Source of the DNA: Geosiphon pyriformis uo1 | Taxonomy: Eukaryota > Fungi > Glomeromycota | Assembly: GCA_016748015.1 (NCBI GenBank) | Contig: JAAOMT010000289.1 | Location: 1 to 64,000 of the forward strand | Reading direction: 5' to 3' | Length of the DNA: 64,000 nt | Shown here: in pieces, positions 1 through 14,701 of the stretch | How the letters are laid out: every line of letters begins with the position of its first letter | How positions within the stretch are numbered: the first letter of the stretch is position 1 | Translations under genes and position numbers: made by a program | Notes under the pieces: generated by a model | What the model saw: only the letters and a program-made list of their open reading frames with translations | Told to the model about the DNA's origin: nothing | The model's database searches: none

Positions 1-535
1 GTAAAACTATTTTATATTTTACAGCCAAATAATTCAAACTTTAATACTTAAAGCAATATTAACAACCAAAAGTTTTTTATTAAATATAACATCTTTACAA
101 AATATTAGTTTTAATTATAATATTATTTAAGTTTTTTTGAAAACTGAAAATAACAATAAAAAAATTTAACAGGTGTAATTATTAATTTAAAAGACCAACA
201 AACTGATTTTAAAAACAGTACAGCCAGAAAAAAACCAACCAATTTAGCTTTAAATAAATATTTAAAAGCAATAAATTTCTTTTGATTAAAAAAAGAGAGG
301 GTTTTTTTATCAGCACAAACCAGCACACAAAGCAGTTTTAACACTTAAAATAAAGAGCAGCATATTGTAAAACACCAGCAGACTTTAACTTAACTTTTAC
401 TACTTTTACCAAAAACACCAAAAACAATCTTAACATTATTTGGCATAACATTTGAAGGAATGTCAAGAAAAGCAACAGTAGCGGAAACAGGAACAGAACT
501 CGAGTTCACAGAAGACTGTAGTCTTAAACTTTTGG
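1..535 (-). mobile_element. Decayed LINE ORF1 fragment
   Basis: Minus strand reads approximately TVAFLDIPSNVMPNNVKIVFGVFG-(frameshift)-KVVKVKLKSAGVLQYAALYF. This resembles the RRM-like ORF1 segment VVLKEIPIGTSTEAVHAALSKFGIIKSIKMQLV of the LINEs later in the window. AT-rich, with stops. Confidence 0.5.
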
Positions 536-657
536 TTTAAATTAATATTCATTAAATCATAAGTCCCTGTAATGCAAAGTTCTTGACCAATCAAATATTT
601 TGCTCAGCTGATAAATCCAATCTGAACTTTGAATTTTTCGAATCGAAGTGATTATTG

Positions 658-3559
658 ATGGATACTCAAAAGGTGCAAAGGCCCAAACCGAAAAATCTAC
701 ACTCTATAAAGCAAGAAAGTACGATCACAATATCCAACAACGAAGGACCACAATCTCCCGTCTCCACTGAAATAGTAAAATCTTCCAAAAATAAGAAAAA
801 AGCCTCGCATCGGGGACAACATATGATTCCAAAACAAACTTCAATCGCGGCGGTTATACCTCCTGAAGTTTTCATCAAAATCTGTGAAAACTTGCCTCCA
901 GAAGCCCTCTTATCTTTAAGTCGTGTATGCAGGAGGTATCGAGAATTTTTGTATTCTACCACATCATCCTTATCACAACAGATGTGGACCACTTCACGAT
1001 TGAATTTTATGCGTACACTACCTTTACCACCACCAAATGACATGGATGAGATTGCATACATAAAATTGGCCTTATTACAGAGAGGGTGTCAATTTTGCCC
1101 AAGAAAAGCAAAACCCAAAGTATACTGGGCTTTTAGGGTTCGATGCTGCCGGAAATGTTTGTCGGCCAGAACGCAGAAGTAAGTCTTTAATATTTTGCTG
1201 ATTTGGTAGCCCAATTCATTTCACTTACTAAATTTTGTAGGGAGTTGCATATTCCTCATGATTTTGTATCTTGTTTACCTTTTGCAATCGTAGAAGGAGT
1301 TCGTTATTATTGGACTACACAAGCTCAAGCCGCTAAATTAGAATACAATGAAAAGGCTACAAATCTGGAAAAAGAAAATTTTCTTAACCAGCTTATTCAA
1401 AAGAGGGACGAGCGAATGGCAGATGCGACTGCTCGCGAAGAAGCTGCCAAAAAAGGACTTGCTCTAGAGATGGAAGGAAATAAGCACAAATTGTCTGTGC
1501 TGATAGAACGAATGTCTCGAGAAACAACTGATGAAGGGACTCCAAAATATAACATTGAAGATCTCAAGAAATGCCCAAGTTATCTAAAAGTTTCCTGTGC
1601 CCTTGATCAAGCGATAAATGCTACATTATTGAAACGAGCAATTGCCAATGAGTATGAAAGAATTTCCGCAGGGAGCGTGAAAAAGAAGAAGCAAAATGAG
1701 GTTCTCCAACTAATCGTAAAGCTTCGTCTAGCTTTACGTGAGACTCGAGGATATCAACAGTATAGAAAGTCGTTACATCAAAATCAATCCGAAAATAATT
1801 CACTTCTAAAACCTGTTATTAAACCGGATTCCATGACTCAAAGATATGCACGCTTTGCTCTCGATATTATATCCGCAGTATCGGGAAGAAGAGACAATAC
1901 AAGTTTTATGCAACCTCTTAATCAATGCGAAAAACTATTACGTTTTTGCCCCTCTTTCGTTCAGCCACCTTATGATTTGGACGAAATGGATGAGAATTTC
2001 CTCTTGAAAGTTTTTATTCCAAAACTTTGCCGAGAAGCGGCAGAAATTGACAAACAATTTCAACCCTGTTTCACTATCGGAAAAGCTCTTGCTCAAGGAT
2101 GGGCTGCTCAACGTGTTTTTAAATGCAAATTCTGTATGAACAGAAAACTTTTTAACTATGCTGGTCTTAAGCAACATTTATTTAGCCTTCGACATGGTGT
2201 GCAGACCATTGAAGCAGAAAAGATGATAAGGTTACATTTGATGCATGGTATTATGTCAGATGGTCCTGGAAATTTTTGGCTAGCCCATTTGCCTATACCA
2301 AATATTACGGAACCAACTGATGTTATCGCAAAAGTTGAAATATCTGGTTTATGTGATACCGATACTCAAAGTAAGTTCCACTAGAATTCCACTTTATCAC
2401 GAGAATCCTTATTAATTATATTAATGTAAATCAAAATTAAGTCACCAAGTCTCGCTTTGGTCAACTCGATAAACGCACTGTCATGGGTCATCAGTTCGTT
2501 GCCAAAGTTTGTGATACCGGATCTGAAGTTAAAATCTTAAAAAATGGGGATAGGGTTATTTGCCCACCTCAAACTTCTTGCGGAGAGGTACGATACACAA
2601 ACCGACAATATATGATGTTTTCAGCATTTTCATATATAAAATTTAAAACTTATCTCCTACCAAAAATTCGAATTTGTATAAGTGCTTCTACTGTGAGCGT
2701 GACGCCACGTGTCATTGCGAAAGGGGAGAATTTTTCGGTTGGACCGTTGGTGGAAAACGATTTGATGGTGGACAAGCAGAATACGTAAGGATTCCTTTGG
2801 CCGAGACTTCATTAATAAAAGTTCAGGATGAAATCAGTGACAAAGAAGCTCTTCTTCTTGCCGATTATATTCCTGTTGGATATTTTTGTGCAGAAAATGG
2901 CCTTAACCAATTATCGGAAGAAGAACGAACAAAATGTGTAGTTGTGGTCATTGGATGTACCCCTGTAGGTCTTGCGGCTATAGCGGCGGCCTTTCATTTA
3001 GGAGCGAAAAGAGTTTTTGCGATAGATCATACACTTGAAAAATTAAATTTGGCACGTAAATTCGGAGCTACAGTAATTCATGTACGGAATAAAGAAGATT
3101 CATCACCTGTGATAAAAAGAGCCACTGGTGGAAGAGGTGCTGACGTTTTATTGGTATGACTGGTAAATCTTTTTGGCTGTTGAAATTTTTAAAAAATATA
3201 TTTATATCAAAAATTTCCCATCAATGTTAACTCCTTAGATTACAGAACATGAAGCAACCATCGAGCTGGCGCTTAAAGCTCTTCGACCAGCTGGAATTCT
3301 TTCCGTTGCTACTATGAATTGCCAACCTTTAATGGAAATAACTTCGGAACAGGATGCGATTATCATATCAAAACATTGTCCAATGCGTCAAGTTATACCA
3401 AAAGCTATGTCACTCGTTCTTTCAAAGAAATTTGACTTTGAGGAAATTGTCTCACATACTCTTCCATTAAGGGACGCTGAGGAAGGCTACAAAATTGTCA
3501 AGAATTCTGAATGTATTATGATGGCATTTATCGTTACCGATCAATATCCTGAACCATAA
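658..3559 (+). CDS. F-box protein fused to a C2H2-like finger and a Zn-dependent MDR alcohol dehydrogenase-like domain. Predicted exons 658-1178, 1241-2370, 2442-2587, 2683-3153, 3239-3559 (2589 nt, 862 aa)
   Basis: F-box IPPEVFIKICENLPPEALLSLSRVCRRY followed by CQFC..RCCRKC; finger CKFC-x12-HLFSLRH. In the same open exon follows the MDR start MHGIMSDGPGN..PIPNITEPTDVIAKVEISGLCDTD, then GHQF, structural Zn site CGE|CFYC-x7-C, GGQAEYVRIP, LADY and GGRGADV. All four GT-AG introns (62, 71, 95, 85 nt) preserve phase. Confidence 0.8.
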
Positions 3560-4569
3560 TGCTCCAAGATATACAACATTTGAACTTAATCATATAATTT
3601 AAAACATGATTGAACTTTATGAAGCAGTCGACTGTTCCCTTATAGTTGAGCCCACGCCTCTTTAATTCATTTAAAAGACAAGAATTTTTTATATCATTCT
3701 GCGAAGTCCCTTTCGACATGGAAAGATGAATCCAATTCTTTTGGGTTTAAGAGTCAAAGTTTTGATCAGATAATGATTTATGTTTAAAATAGACTTGGCA
3801 AAAGAACTGATTTTTCGAATCTTTGATTACAAACGTTAGGATTCAAAAAGGTCCGAAGTCAATATTGTGGTACAACATATCCTATCATTATTTTAATAGC
3901 AAAATCTGTTCATTCTGAGATAAAACTGGTCCCTGGAATGCAGGAATTAGTCTTTGCAAGATTAATACAGCAAATCTTTGGGTCCAGTGATACACAAATG
4001 TCCTTAGTATTGATGCAAATCAAAATGGCCATGATTAATAATAGCAGAATTACATCACCCATCCTCAATTAAAAATCTGAACAATAGTTCTCACCTGGAA
4101 TACTTTCGTCTATCAACTTCATAACCTGGGACGGCGTTACACTCAGTGTTCTCTGTGCAGCAGCCTTCAAAAATTCGTTTAGGCTTTTTAACTCAAAGCT
4201 TGGCCTAAGCTATCAAATAAGAAAACCGCATAATTCCAACAGATCTTGATTGTTCGTCTTTGGTGTGTTGTGGTGATATTTTGTTGGAATAGAACGTGTG
4301 CGAGACAACATAATCCCCAACTAACAATAATTCATTCTTTCGAGAGCTCTTAGCCCACTTGCTATTACGGCATTATTAGTCTTTTAATTATATCTGCTGA
4401 TTTCGAAAGAAGCTATTTACTCCGGTTTGTTTTAAGTTTCTTTTTATATGGATGGTCACTTTTAGATTGCTAAGAAGCTCGCTACTCTAAAGAATATAAT
4501 AGCACTTATAACAACCTTCAAAGACCTTTTAATCATCATTCAGACTATTTTTCTTATTTTCAGGAAAAT

Positions 4570-6671
4570 ATGTCCTCTAAGGATCCTTCTGAATCCTCAT
4601 CAGTATCATTGTCGGTGGTTACAGCAAACCTTTCCTCCTCCTCTTCACCGTCTTTATCACCGTCTAGCCCCTCCCCACGATCTACCCCTCCATCCTTTAT
4701 CTCACCATCAACAAAACCTAGTTTTATTGAACTTAAATCTATTTCTCCAGCGGCTTTAGTGAAAACAGCTGCCACAATACCATCAGAATTAATTTTTCAC
4801 ATTTTTAAATATGTTACAACAACCTCTGACATTAAATCTTGCATCTTGGTATGCAAGTCTTGGTGTAGTTGTGGAGTTGAGATTCTATGGCACAAACCAA
4901 TGTTTACTGCCACCGCATTGGGGAAACTGCTTTTTACAATATCTCGACCTACTCAAACATTTCCCTATGCACTCCTAATTCGGCGTCTTAATTTTTCATT
5001 TTTGGGGGAAAATGTGACCGATGGAATCTTAGCTCCACTTAGTGCTTGCGAGAGATTGGAAAGGCTCACGTTGGGTGGATGTCGTCGACTCACTGATGTG
5101 GGACTTTTGGGATTGTTGGATAAAGCAAATGGTTTGGTCGCGTTGGATGTCTCGGATATCGAGAACTTGACGGATGATGTGATTGAATTAGTTGGTCAAA
5201 AATGTCGGCGATTGCAAGGTTTGAATGTTAGCCTCTGCAAAAAATTGACTGACAAGAGTATTATCACGGTAGCATCAAGGTGTCGTAGCTTGAGGAGGGT
5301 AGGTCTTATCAAACTCAGCTCAATCGTACAACCCAGGTTGTGAATATCAAAATATTTTCTCTGACGTCAGGCTTTAATTGAAATTAGAGAATTTTTTTCT
5401 GGTTCTAATTAATGGTCTTTGTCTATGAAGATCGAAATCCCCTGGTGAAATTTTCCGCCAAAATATTATACATTTTTGAAATCTCCAATGTAGTTTAAAC
5501 GTGATTGTTGAATTAGGTTTATCCCTTACTAAATAGTTTTTTTTTAATAATGCAGATAAAGTTAAGCGGCTGTGAGAATATTCATGACGAACCTGTTATG
5601 TTGCTATCTCTCAATTGTCCCCATTTATTGGAGCTTGATCTCACCAATTGCAATCAAATCACAAATAAGGCTATCCAATCGGTCTTTGAAAGGTGTACAC
5701 AATTGAGAGAATTACGACTCGCTTACTGCCTCAATCTAACAGATGAAGCATTCACCAAGACAATGCCCTTATTCTTTGACCAGCTGCGAATTCTTGACTT
5801 AACTGCATGCACACTGATTACTGATCAGTCTCTTTTGAGAGTTGTTCAGTGTGCTCCCAAACTTCGCAATCTTGTTTTGGCAAAGTGCTCTTTCGTCACT
5901 GATGAAGGAGTTAATTACATCACCCGCCTTGGAAAACATCTTCATTATCTCCATCTTGGACATTGCTCACGAATTACTGACCATTCTATTACAAACTTGG
6001 CTCGTCATTGTACCCGTCTTCGATATCTCGACTTGGCTTGTTGCACTCAGCTCACAGATGCCGCTGTCTTTGAGCTTTCTCATCTTCCAAAATTACGGAG
6101 GATCGGACTTGTCAAATGTGCAAACATTACTGACTCGGCAATTCATGCGCTGATAGACCATCATGTAGTGTCGCATACTCTTGAACGCGTCCATCTTTCG
6201 TATTGTGGCAATCTTACCATTGCTGCAGTGTTAGAACTGGTTAATTTTTGTTATCGTTTGACTCATCTTTCCCTTACTGGTGTACCGGCCTTCTTACGGC
6301 CAGACTTGCAAAGATTCTGTCGACCACCCCCCAAAGAATTCACACCTCATCAACGACAAGTATTCTGTGTATTCAGTGGTAAAGGAGTAAAAGAGCTGCG
6401 ACAATATTTAAATAATTTAGTCATTGGCACTGTACACACTCGTATTACCAATGGAGACGATGCTGATATTGAAATTGTGCCACAAGGTGTCGAGGCTGAA
6501 GAGATAGGATCAGATGACTTAGATGCTGAAGGGACTGGTTCTGGTGGGGAAGGTGACGGTGAAAGAGATGATGGAGATCAAAATAACGATAATCACACTT
6601 CTACTGTCATGATTTCACATGCTGGTGACGATGATGCCCATGATGACGCCTTGTATATGCGCGGAATATAA
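4570..6671 (+). CDS. GRR1: SCF F-box/LRR protein, Grr1/GrrA ortholog. Exons 4570-5298 and 5556-6671 (614 aa)
   Basis: F-box IPSELIFHIFKY..CILVCKSW, Cys-containing LRRs, and Grr1-diagnostic segments LPKLRRIGLVKC, LERVHLSYC, LTHLSLTGVPAF and FTPHQRQVFCVFSGKGV. Intron GTAGGT(5299)..CAG(5555) is phase 0. Ser/Pro-rich N-terminus, acidic C-terminal tail. Confidence 0.93.
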
Positions 6672-7478
6672 CCTTTAGCCCACCGAAGCGTTTCCTTTAT
6701 GGATGTAAATTCAAAAATACTCTACGAACATTTAACCAAAAGCAATAATCACTCACAGATGTTAATTAGCTTTGAAGCACTATGTTTATTATTTTCTAGA
6801 GATCAATTTTTTGCCCATATGTTGCTTTTCCTTGATAAGAGCATCTGTGCATTATTTGTATCTCCTTAACAAGATGGCAAATGGCACATCTTGTTCTGGG
6901 AACATTTTCCTTGCAGAGAAAGCTTTCAGCGACGATCAATTCATATCATGTTTAGAGCCGCAGTAAAGAATCAAAAATTAGAAATAATTATGATTGTAAA
7001 TTTTTATGCTCATTGTATATGGCAATAAGTAGAATAGATATTCAATTTGATGATTTTGGAAAAAGTATTAAATTTCAACCCCATTACAAATTAATCGAAA
7101 TTAATGATAAGATTACATGTATATATTAAGTTCTGTTCTGATCAACCCTGTTTTTACAAAATTAATTGAATAAAGATCAAAGTTTAAAATCGTTTCATTT
7201 CACTTTTTGCTTGATGTCATTCAAAGGATTATGATGAATCATCGGTCGAGCTCAGCCTCTCGTTCCCTGAGCGCCGATCAGTTGGTTAATCAAAGGTGGG
7301 TTAGACTTGAACTGCATCTCAAAAAGCAGCTTTTGATTAGAGAAAAAACTAATAGATGTTTGTGGGATACCTTTCACATACATACCTGAAACCCCAAAAA
7401 ACAAGGTAAATGTATATGGCTTAAGAAACTGAAAGCCAAATCATTTTCTCACCATAGCTTCCTACTCAACGGCAACTA

Positions 7479-9814
<2,336 letters not shown>

Positions 9815-9963
9815 TTCGAAGTTAATAAAAAGTTTGAAAGCAAAGCTTGAATTGAATTCAAAATTTTAAACTGATACCACAATTTTGATGGTATTATGTC
9901 CAAATGTTTTTTTGTATCAAGAATTAATTTATTTACAATTTTTAATGTTTCTTAAAATTAATT

Positions 9964-9980
9964 ATATATATATATATATA
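9964..9980. repeat. (TA)n microsatellite, possibly the tail of the adjacent LINE 3' remnant
   Basis: Pure TA run directly visible. Confidence 0.8.
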
Positions 9981-10060
9981 TTATTGCTTCATTAAGTGTA
10001 GTCCAACTTATATTTAACATGTACATATTCTATAGTAAATGTGCTTTTTACATGTAAATA
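9981..10060 (-). mobile_element. Decayed LINE 3' UTR remnant
   Basis: Minus strand ACATGTAAAAAGCA...AGTTGGACTACACTTAATGAAGCAATAA resembles the 3' UTRs at 26885-26985 and 52288-52389 (CACATGTAG..GCA...TTGGACT..CA). Confidence 0.5.
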
Positions 10061-12460
10061 ATTATTTAAGTTAAAATGTGATTACATTAAAGTATTAAAC
10101 AAAAACTATATAATACAAAAAATTTTATATATTTATTATTATTTAATGTAAATATTAATTAAAAATAATTCTAAATTTAATACTTATATTTTATTATTAA
10201 AATTTTGGTTTAATTTTATTATTATAATATATATAAAAATTAAAACCACTTTTTTTTCTTGTAAATTTTTATATTACTAAAGCCAAAAAACCATAGAAAA
10301 ATATTTTATTGTTTTTTTTCTTTTTTATTTTTATAATTATAACCAAAACAAAAAATAAAAAAGTTTTAAATATTACTTTTTTTATGGTAATTAATAAAGT
10401 TTTAACAAAAAAAAGTTTTTTTTATTATTAAAACAGCTAGACAGAATATTCTAATAATATTTTCTTTAAATATTAATAATAAAAAGTTGTCTTTAATAGT
10501 TTTTAAAATGTTTTTTTTACTTTTAACTAATGATTTTTCTCCAGTTAAAGTTTTTTTAAAAGATACACTTAAGTTAGTTTTAGTATTATTTTTATCTTTT
10601 TTAAAAGCCTAAAAGTTTTTAACAACAGATTAATTAACAAGCTAGTCTTTTTTATTCTTTTTATTAATATTACTATTATCTTTTTGCAAATAGCCAAAAA
10701 AACCAAAAACTTAAAAAAACAATAGTAGTTACTTATATTTACTATTGTTATATCAAATTTTTTTATAATTTTAACTGAGATCTTAAATAAAATTTTTTCA
10801 ATAGTATTTAATTTTTTTTTAATATAAGCAATAATAACAATAATATATTTTTTAAGATAAGCCAAAATTAACTATTAGCTATATTACCAAATATAATGTT
10901 TTTTAGCAAATTATTATTAATTCTAAAAGTGAAACAACTTATTGGATCATTTAATTTTAAAAATTAAATTAATTTTTTCTTTTTTATTCTTTAATATTGC
11001 TTTTAATAATGTCTAAAAAACAATTTTTAGTCATCAAAAGTTTTCTAAATAAATGATTTTTACTTTAATATTTGATGTTGTTTTAAGATTAAACTGATTT
11101 TAATTACTTTTTTGTTTTATTTGTTGTTTGTTTTTGTTGGACTTAAGTTAATTTCTAAAAATAATATTAGATTATTCTATGTGAATTTTGCTTCTAAAAC
11201 TTTTTTAATTATTGTTATTTAAGTTTTTATTAATAGTTTTTTCTTTTTAACCATATTTAAAGTTGTAAAATTGTTTGTAATAATTTTTGGTTTTTTCTTT
11301 CTACTTTTGTTATATATTATAATGTTTTTTTTAATATATTTTCTGATAAGATTAAAAATACTTTTGGTATTTTTGGTGTTATTACTTTTGTAAAATTAAA
11401 GTTTGTTAATTTGTAATAATATATTATTGTAAATTTTAAGAACTTTTTTTTTACTACTGTTGCTTTTATTAATTAGTTTGGCTAGTTAAAAAAAACAGTA
11501 TTCAAATTTTCTTTTTATTTAATTAAAAAGAAGTTATTATATTAAGAAATTTTTTTAAGGCCAAATTAATCAATTTTTTTTTGGTTTTACTGTTTTTGAA
11601 ATTAATAATAAAATTTTTCAGATTGATAACTATATCTGTTTTATTTTTTATTTTTCTAATTTATATTATTATCAATGTTTTGTTGTTGTTATTTTTAAGT
11701 CTTATAAAATGTTAAAACTTACTATAACACAAACTAATACTTTGTTATTACCAATTAAAATTATTCTTATAATTTTTATTATTAATTAATATATAATATT
11801 ATAATAAATTGTATAAAAGAAGAGCTTTTTTTTTAAAAAAAATATATCTTAGTTAAAATTTATTTTATTCAAAATTATTTTCTATTAGATATTTTTTGTA
11901 CAAATTAATTTCAATAAAACTCACTTTAAAAAACAAAAATTTTTAATTATTTCTGCTCGAAATTAATTATTTCATATTAACAATTGAAATTGATTAGCTA
12001 CTAATTTCTATAATCTTAATAACTTTTAAACTTAAATTCAAAACAACTTTCTTAACAATTTTCTTATTTTTTTTTTGGTTTTTTTTTTCTTCTTTTATTT
12101 TTTTATATTATTGAATAGTCTACAGTCAAAATTTTCTGTAAAAAAATTGATTTTTATAGCAAAACAACTATACATATTTTAAAAAACTTACAAACGAAAT
12201 TTGTTTGTAAAAAAATCAAATTTTATCACAAAGTAACTATATAAGTAATTGGCATAAAATTGGTTATTTTATCATAAATTTAACAATATATATTATTCAA
12301 AATATAGAAAGATACTTTGAAAAAAAAATTAGCTTATTAAAGTTTTATTAACTTCTATTAACAGCAGAATTAAAGCAAAAAAGCATTAATAACATTAAAA
12401 AAAAATCAAAAAAATCTTCAATAATATTTGGTGTTTTTTCAAAAAAATTACAACAACAAT
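10060..12460. mobile_element. Extremely AT-rich decayed TE relics; includes the probable LTR end and PBS remnant (12421-12440) of an old gypsy element D
   Basis: Very AT-rich, CpG almost absent, no credible ORF. ATAATA-TT-TGGTGTTTTTTC looks like a decayed GTAACA + TGGTGCTC PBS. Confidence 0.45.
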
Positions 12461-12465
12461 AGTAT

Positions 12466-13095
12466 TGTTACAGTTAAAACACATAGTTTTTATTAATTAT
12501 CACATGTATTAGCCACTAATGTTATATAATTAGCCACCCTATTTTTAGATAGTGATCGTTGACCTGGTCATTGACCACTTTAGATAGCTATATAAGCAAT
12601 GATTCTCTTAGCTGTAGAAAGACATGATCAAAGTAATGAAATAAACAATATCAATTACTTCCTCTCATAATCACTTATTCCCTTTTCTTTACCTTCAAGT
12701 ATCTACTTGTTGGCATTCACATACCTTATCTTTTCCCCTTCTTGATTTGTATTTGTTAGAATTAGTCTGAGAAGCAATTGGTTTGCTCTTGTAATTCATT
12801 GAATAAAGAAACGATTGAAAAGTACAACGATACCTGTTATTGATTCTAAGAATCACCGAGTTGAGGCATAGAATAATAGCAGTGGTGTTATTTTGTTGAC
12901 AATTACAGACTATTCCTCTACCTTCAGATTTAAGAAAAGATTAGCAACTGTGATTTTTATGAGACTGATCACGCACATTGAATTCCTATTTATTCAATTC
13001 GCTCCCTTATTGTAATTCCTTCTTTGTTTATTTCCATCACCATACAATACTGTTCTCTCTTGCTATCCGTTAGCTTGTTACTCCAACCCGTAACA
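12466..13095 (+). repeat. 5' LTR of A1 (630 bp)
   Basis: Near-identical to 18734-19459 except for transitions and repeat copy number. TATATAAG near 12590 and AATAAA near 12803. Confidence 0.95.
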
Positions 13096-13101
13096 TAAAA
13101 G

Positions 13102-13118
13102 TGGTGCTCCCTGTGAGG
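13102..13118 (+). promoter_or_regulatory. Primer-binding site, complementary to an elongator tRNA-Met-type 3' end
   Basis: TGGTGCTCCCTGTGAGG, 6 nt after the LTR. Its complement CCTCACAGGGAGCACCA has the pattern of eukaryotic elongator tRNA-Met. Confidence 0.8.
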
Positions 13119-13147
13119 TTGTCAAAATTCACTTATTCCCTTATTGT

Positions 13148-14701
13148 ATGGGTGATTACTCATATCTGCCACAGCAATCAGAAAAACACTTTGCAGCACA
13201 CAACAAAAACGACCAAAGTTTCATTGAACTTAATCCTCTACCCTTCTGCTTGATCTGCTTCCCCCTTGAAGAACAATCCAGTAGACAATTCCAAGACTTT
13301 TGGAACTGGTTCTTGAACAAGCATTCAGCTGAAATCTACACAGCTTATACAACCTATTACTTTGACCAAGCTTATTTTAAAAATGACTTTGAAGAAAGAA
13401 ACAACAGTATCAATCAGTTCTTATATTCTGCAACCTTTGAACAACAGCTCCCTGATTTCGAATATCTGAATTATCAAATCCATATTTGGATTGCTGCTCA
13501 TCAAGCAACTGAAACTCCCTTTGAAACAGAAGAAGAAAGCTACCAAACTGCCCCTGTTTTTGATCTTTTATCAAGCGAATCAGACTTGTCTACACAAACA
13601 GTTACCCTTGAACCAATAGCTAATGACCCCATGCAAGCAAACATTCTGGCCACCCTCCAAGGTATACAAACTGCTCTAGAGTGAAGAAACAACACCCTAA
13701 TACCATTATTTAAAAGTGATGCACAAGATCCAATTGAATGGTTGGATGACTTTGAAAGAGCTGCTACAGCCAATCAATATGACAATGAATACAAGTTCCA
13801 AATTGTCGGTGGCTACCTTCAAGGATCCCCTGCTACCTGGTTCTTACAAAAAACAGATGCCAATACCCAGCAAAGAATCGTTAAATGGACACCAGCAAAT
13901 GTGGGAGAAATCAACACTTCTTTCACTACCCGGTTTGAAAACAAGTTCAGAACCCCAATATTAATATCAAAATGGCATATAGAATTGGAAAGAAGAACCC
14001 AAGGTCCCAGTGAAGTTGTAACTGAATACGCCAAAGCAATCAGAAAGTTAATCAAATGAGTAGATACTGGAAGAAATTGGACAGAAGAGCAGAAAATTCA
14101 CTCCTTCACAAAAGGATTGAGAACTGATCTATTGTATGCTCTTTGGCCCCTCCTGGCCCTGAAAAATAATCCCACCATGGATATGGCCATTGAATTAGCA
14201 CAAAAAATTGAAGACAACCAAAGGATGCACTTGGGATCCACACTACCAGTTTTTGCTCCTGTTTCTGTCATGGCTCCTGTCCCTTAAATGGCTGCTACTT
14301 CTTTTGCCACTCACACTCAAGATCCAAATAAACAGTTAATAGACAGACTCACAACAAATCTTGCTCGGTTATTAGAACTCTTAGCCCAAGCAGTCAGAGA
14401 AAATCAGCAATCACAAAGACCCAGATTTGAACCACGCTTCAATCAGCCCCAGCAACCACCTTATCAAAGACAACAAAATCATGGCCCACCTGTATGCTAT
14501 TGCTGTGGATTAACTGGACACTTTTCAAGAGATTGCAACAATCTTTCACTGCCTCCACCAGTCCCCAGAAACAATGATGCTCAGAACAACAGGATCAACA
14601 ACAACAATGTGCCCAACCAAAGACCCAATCATGCCAACATCAATTTCTTTGGAGAGGATCCCCTAGTTGAAGCCACTGTTTATCAGTCTTTAAACTGGTA
14701 G
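13148..14701 (+). pseudogene. gag: gag of A1
   Basis: One frame with three in-frame stops (13682, 14057, 14285). Capsid-like QDPIEWLDDFERAATAN..QGPSEVVTEY; zinc knuckle CYCCGLTGHFSRDC. Confidence 0.88.

Noticed and set aside
2241-3559. Recent bacterial transfer or contaminant ADH
   Set aside because: Three spliceosomal introns and host-like composition. An ancient origin cannot be judged without a phylogeny.
10569-10865. 98-aa Lys/Ile-rich ORF and similar short ORFs across the TE zone
   Set aside because: Compositional artefacts of AT-rich decayed repeats, or antisense shadows of TE ORFs.
12125-12245. Two imperfect ~45-bp direct repeats
   Set aside because: Only two degenerate copies inside a decayed relic, probably old LTR sequence; no further support.
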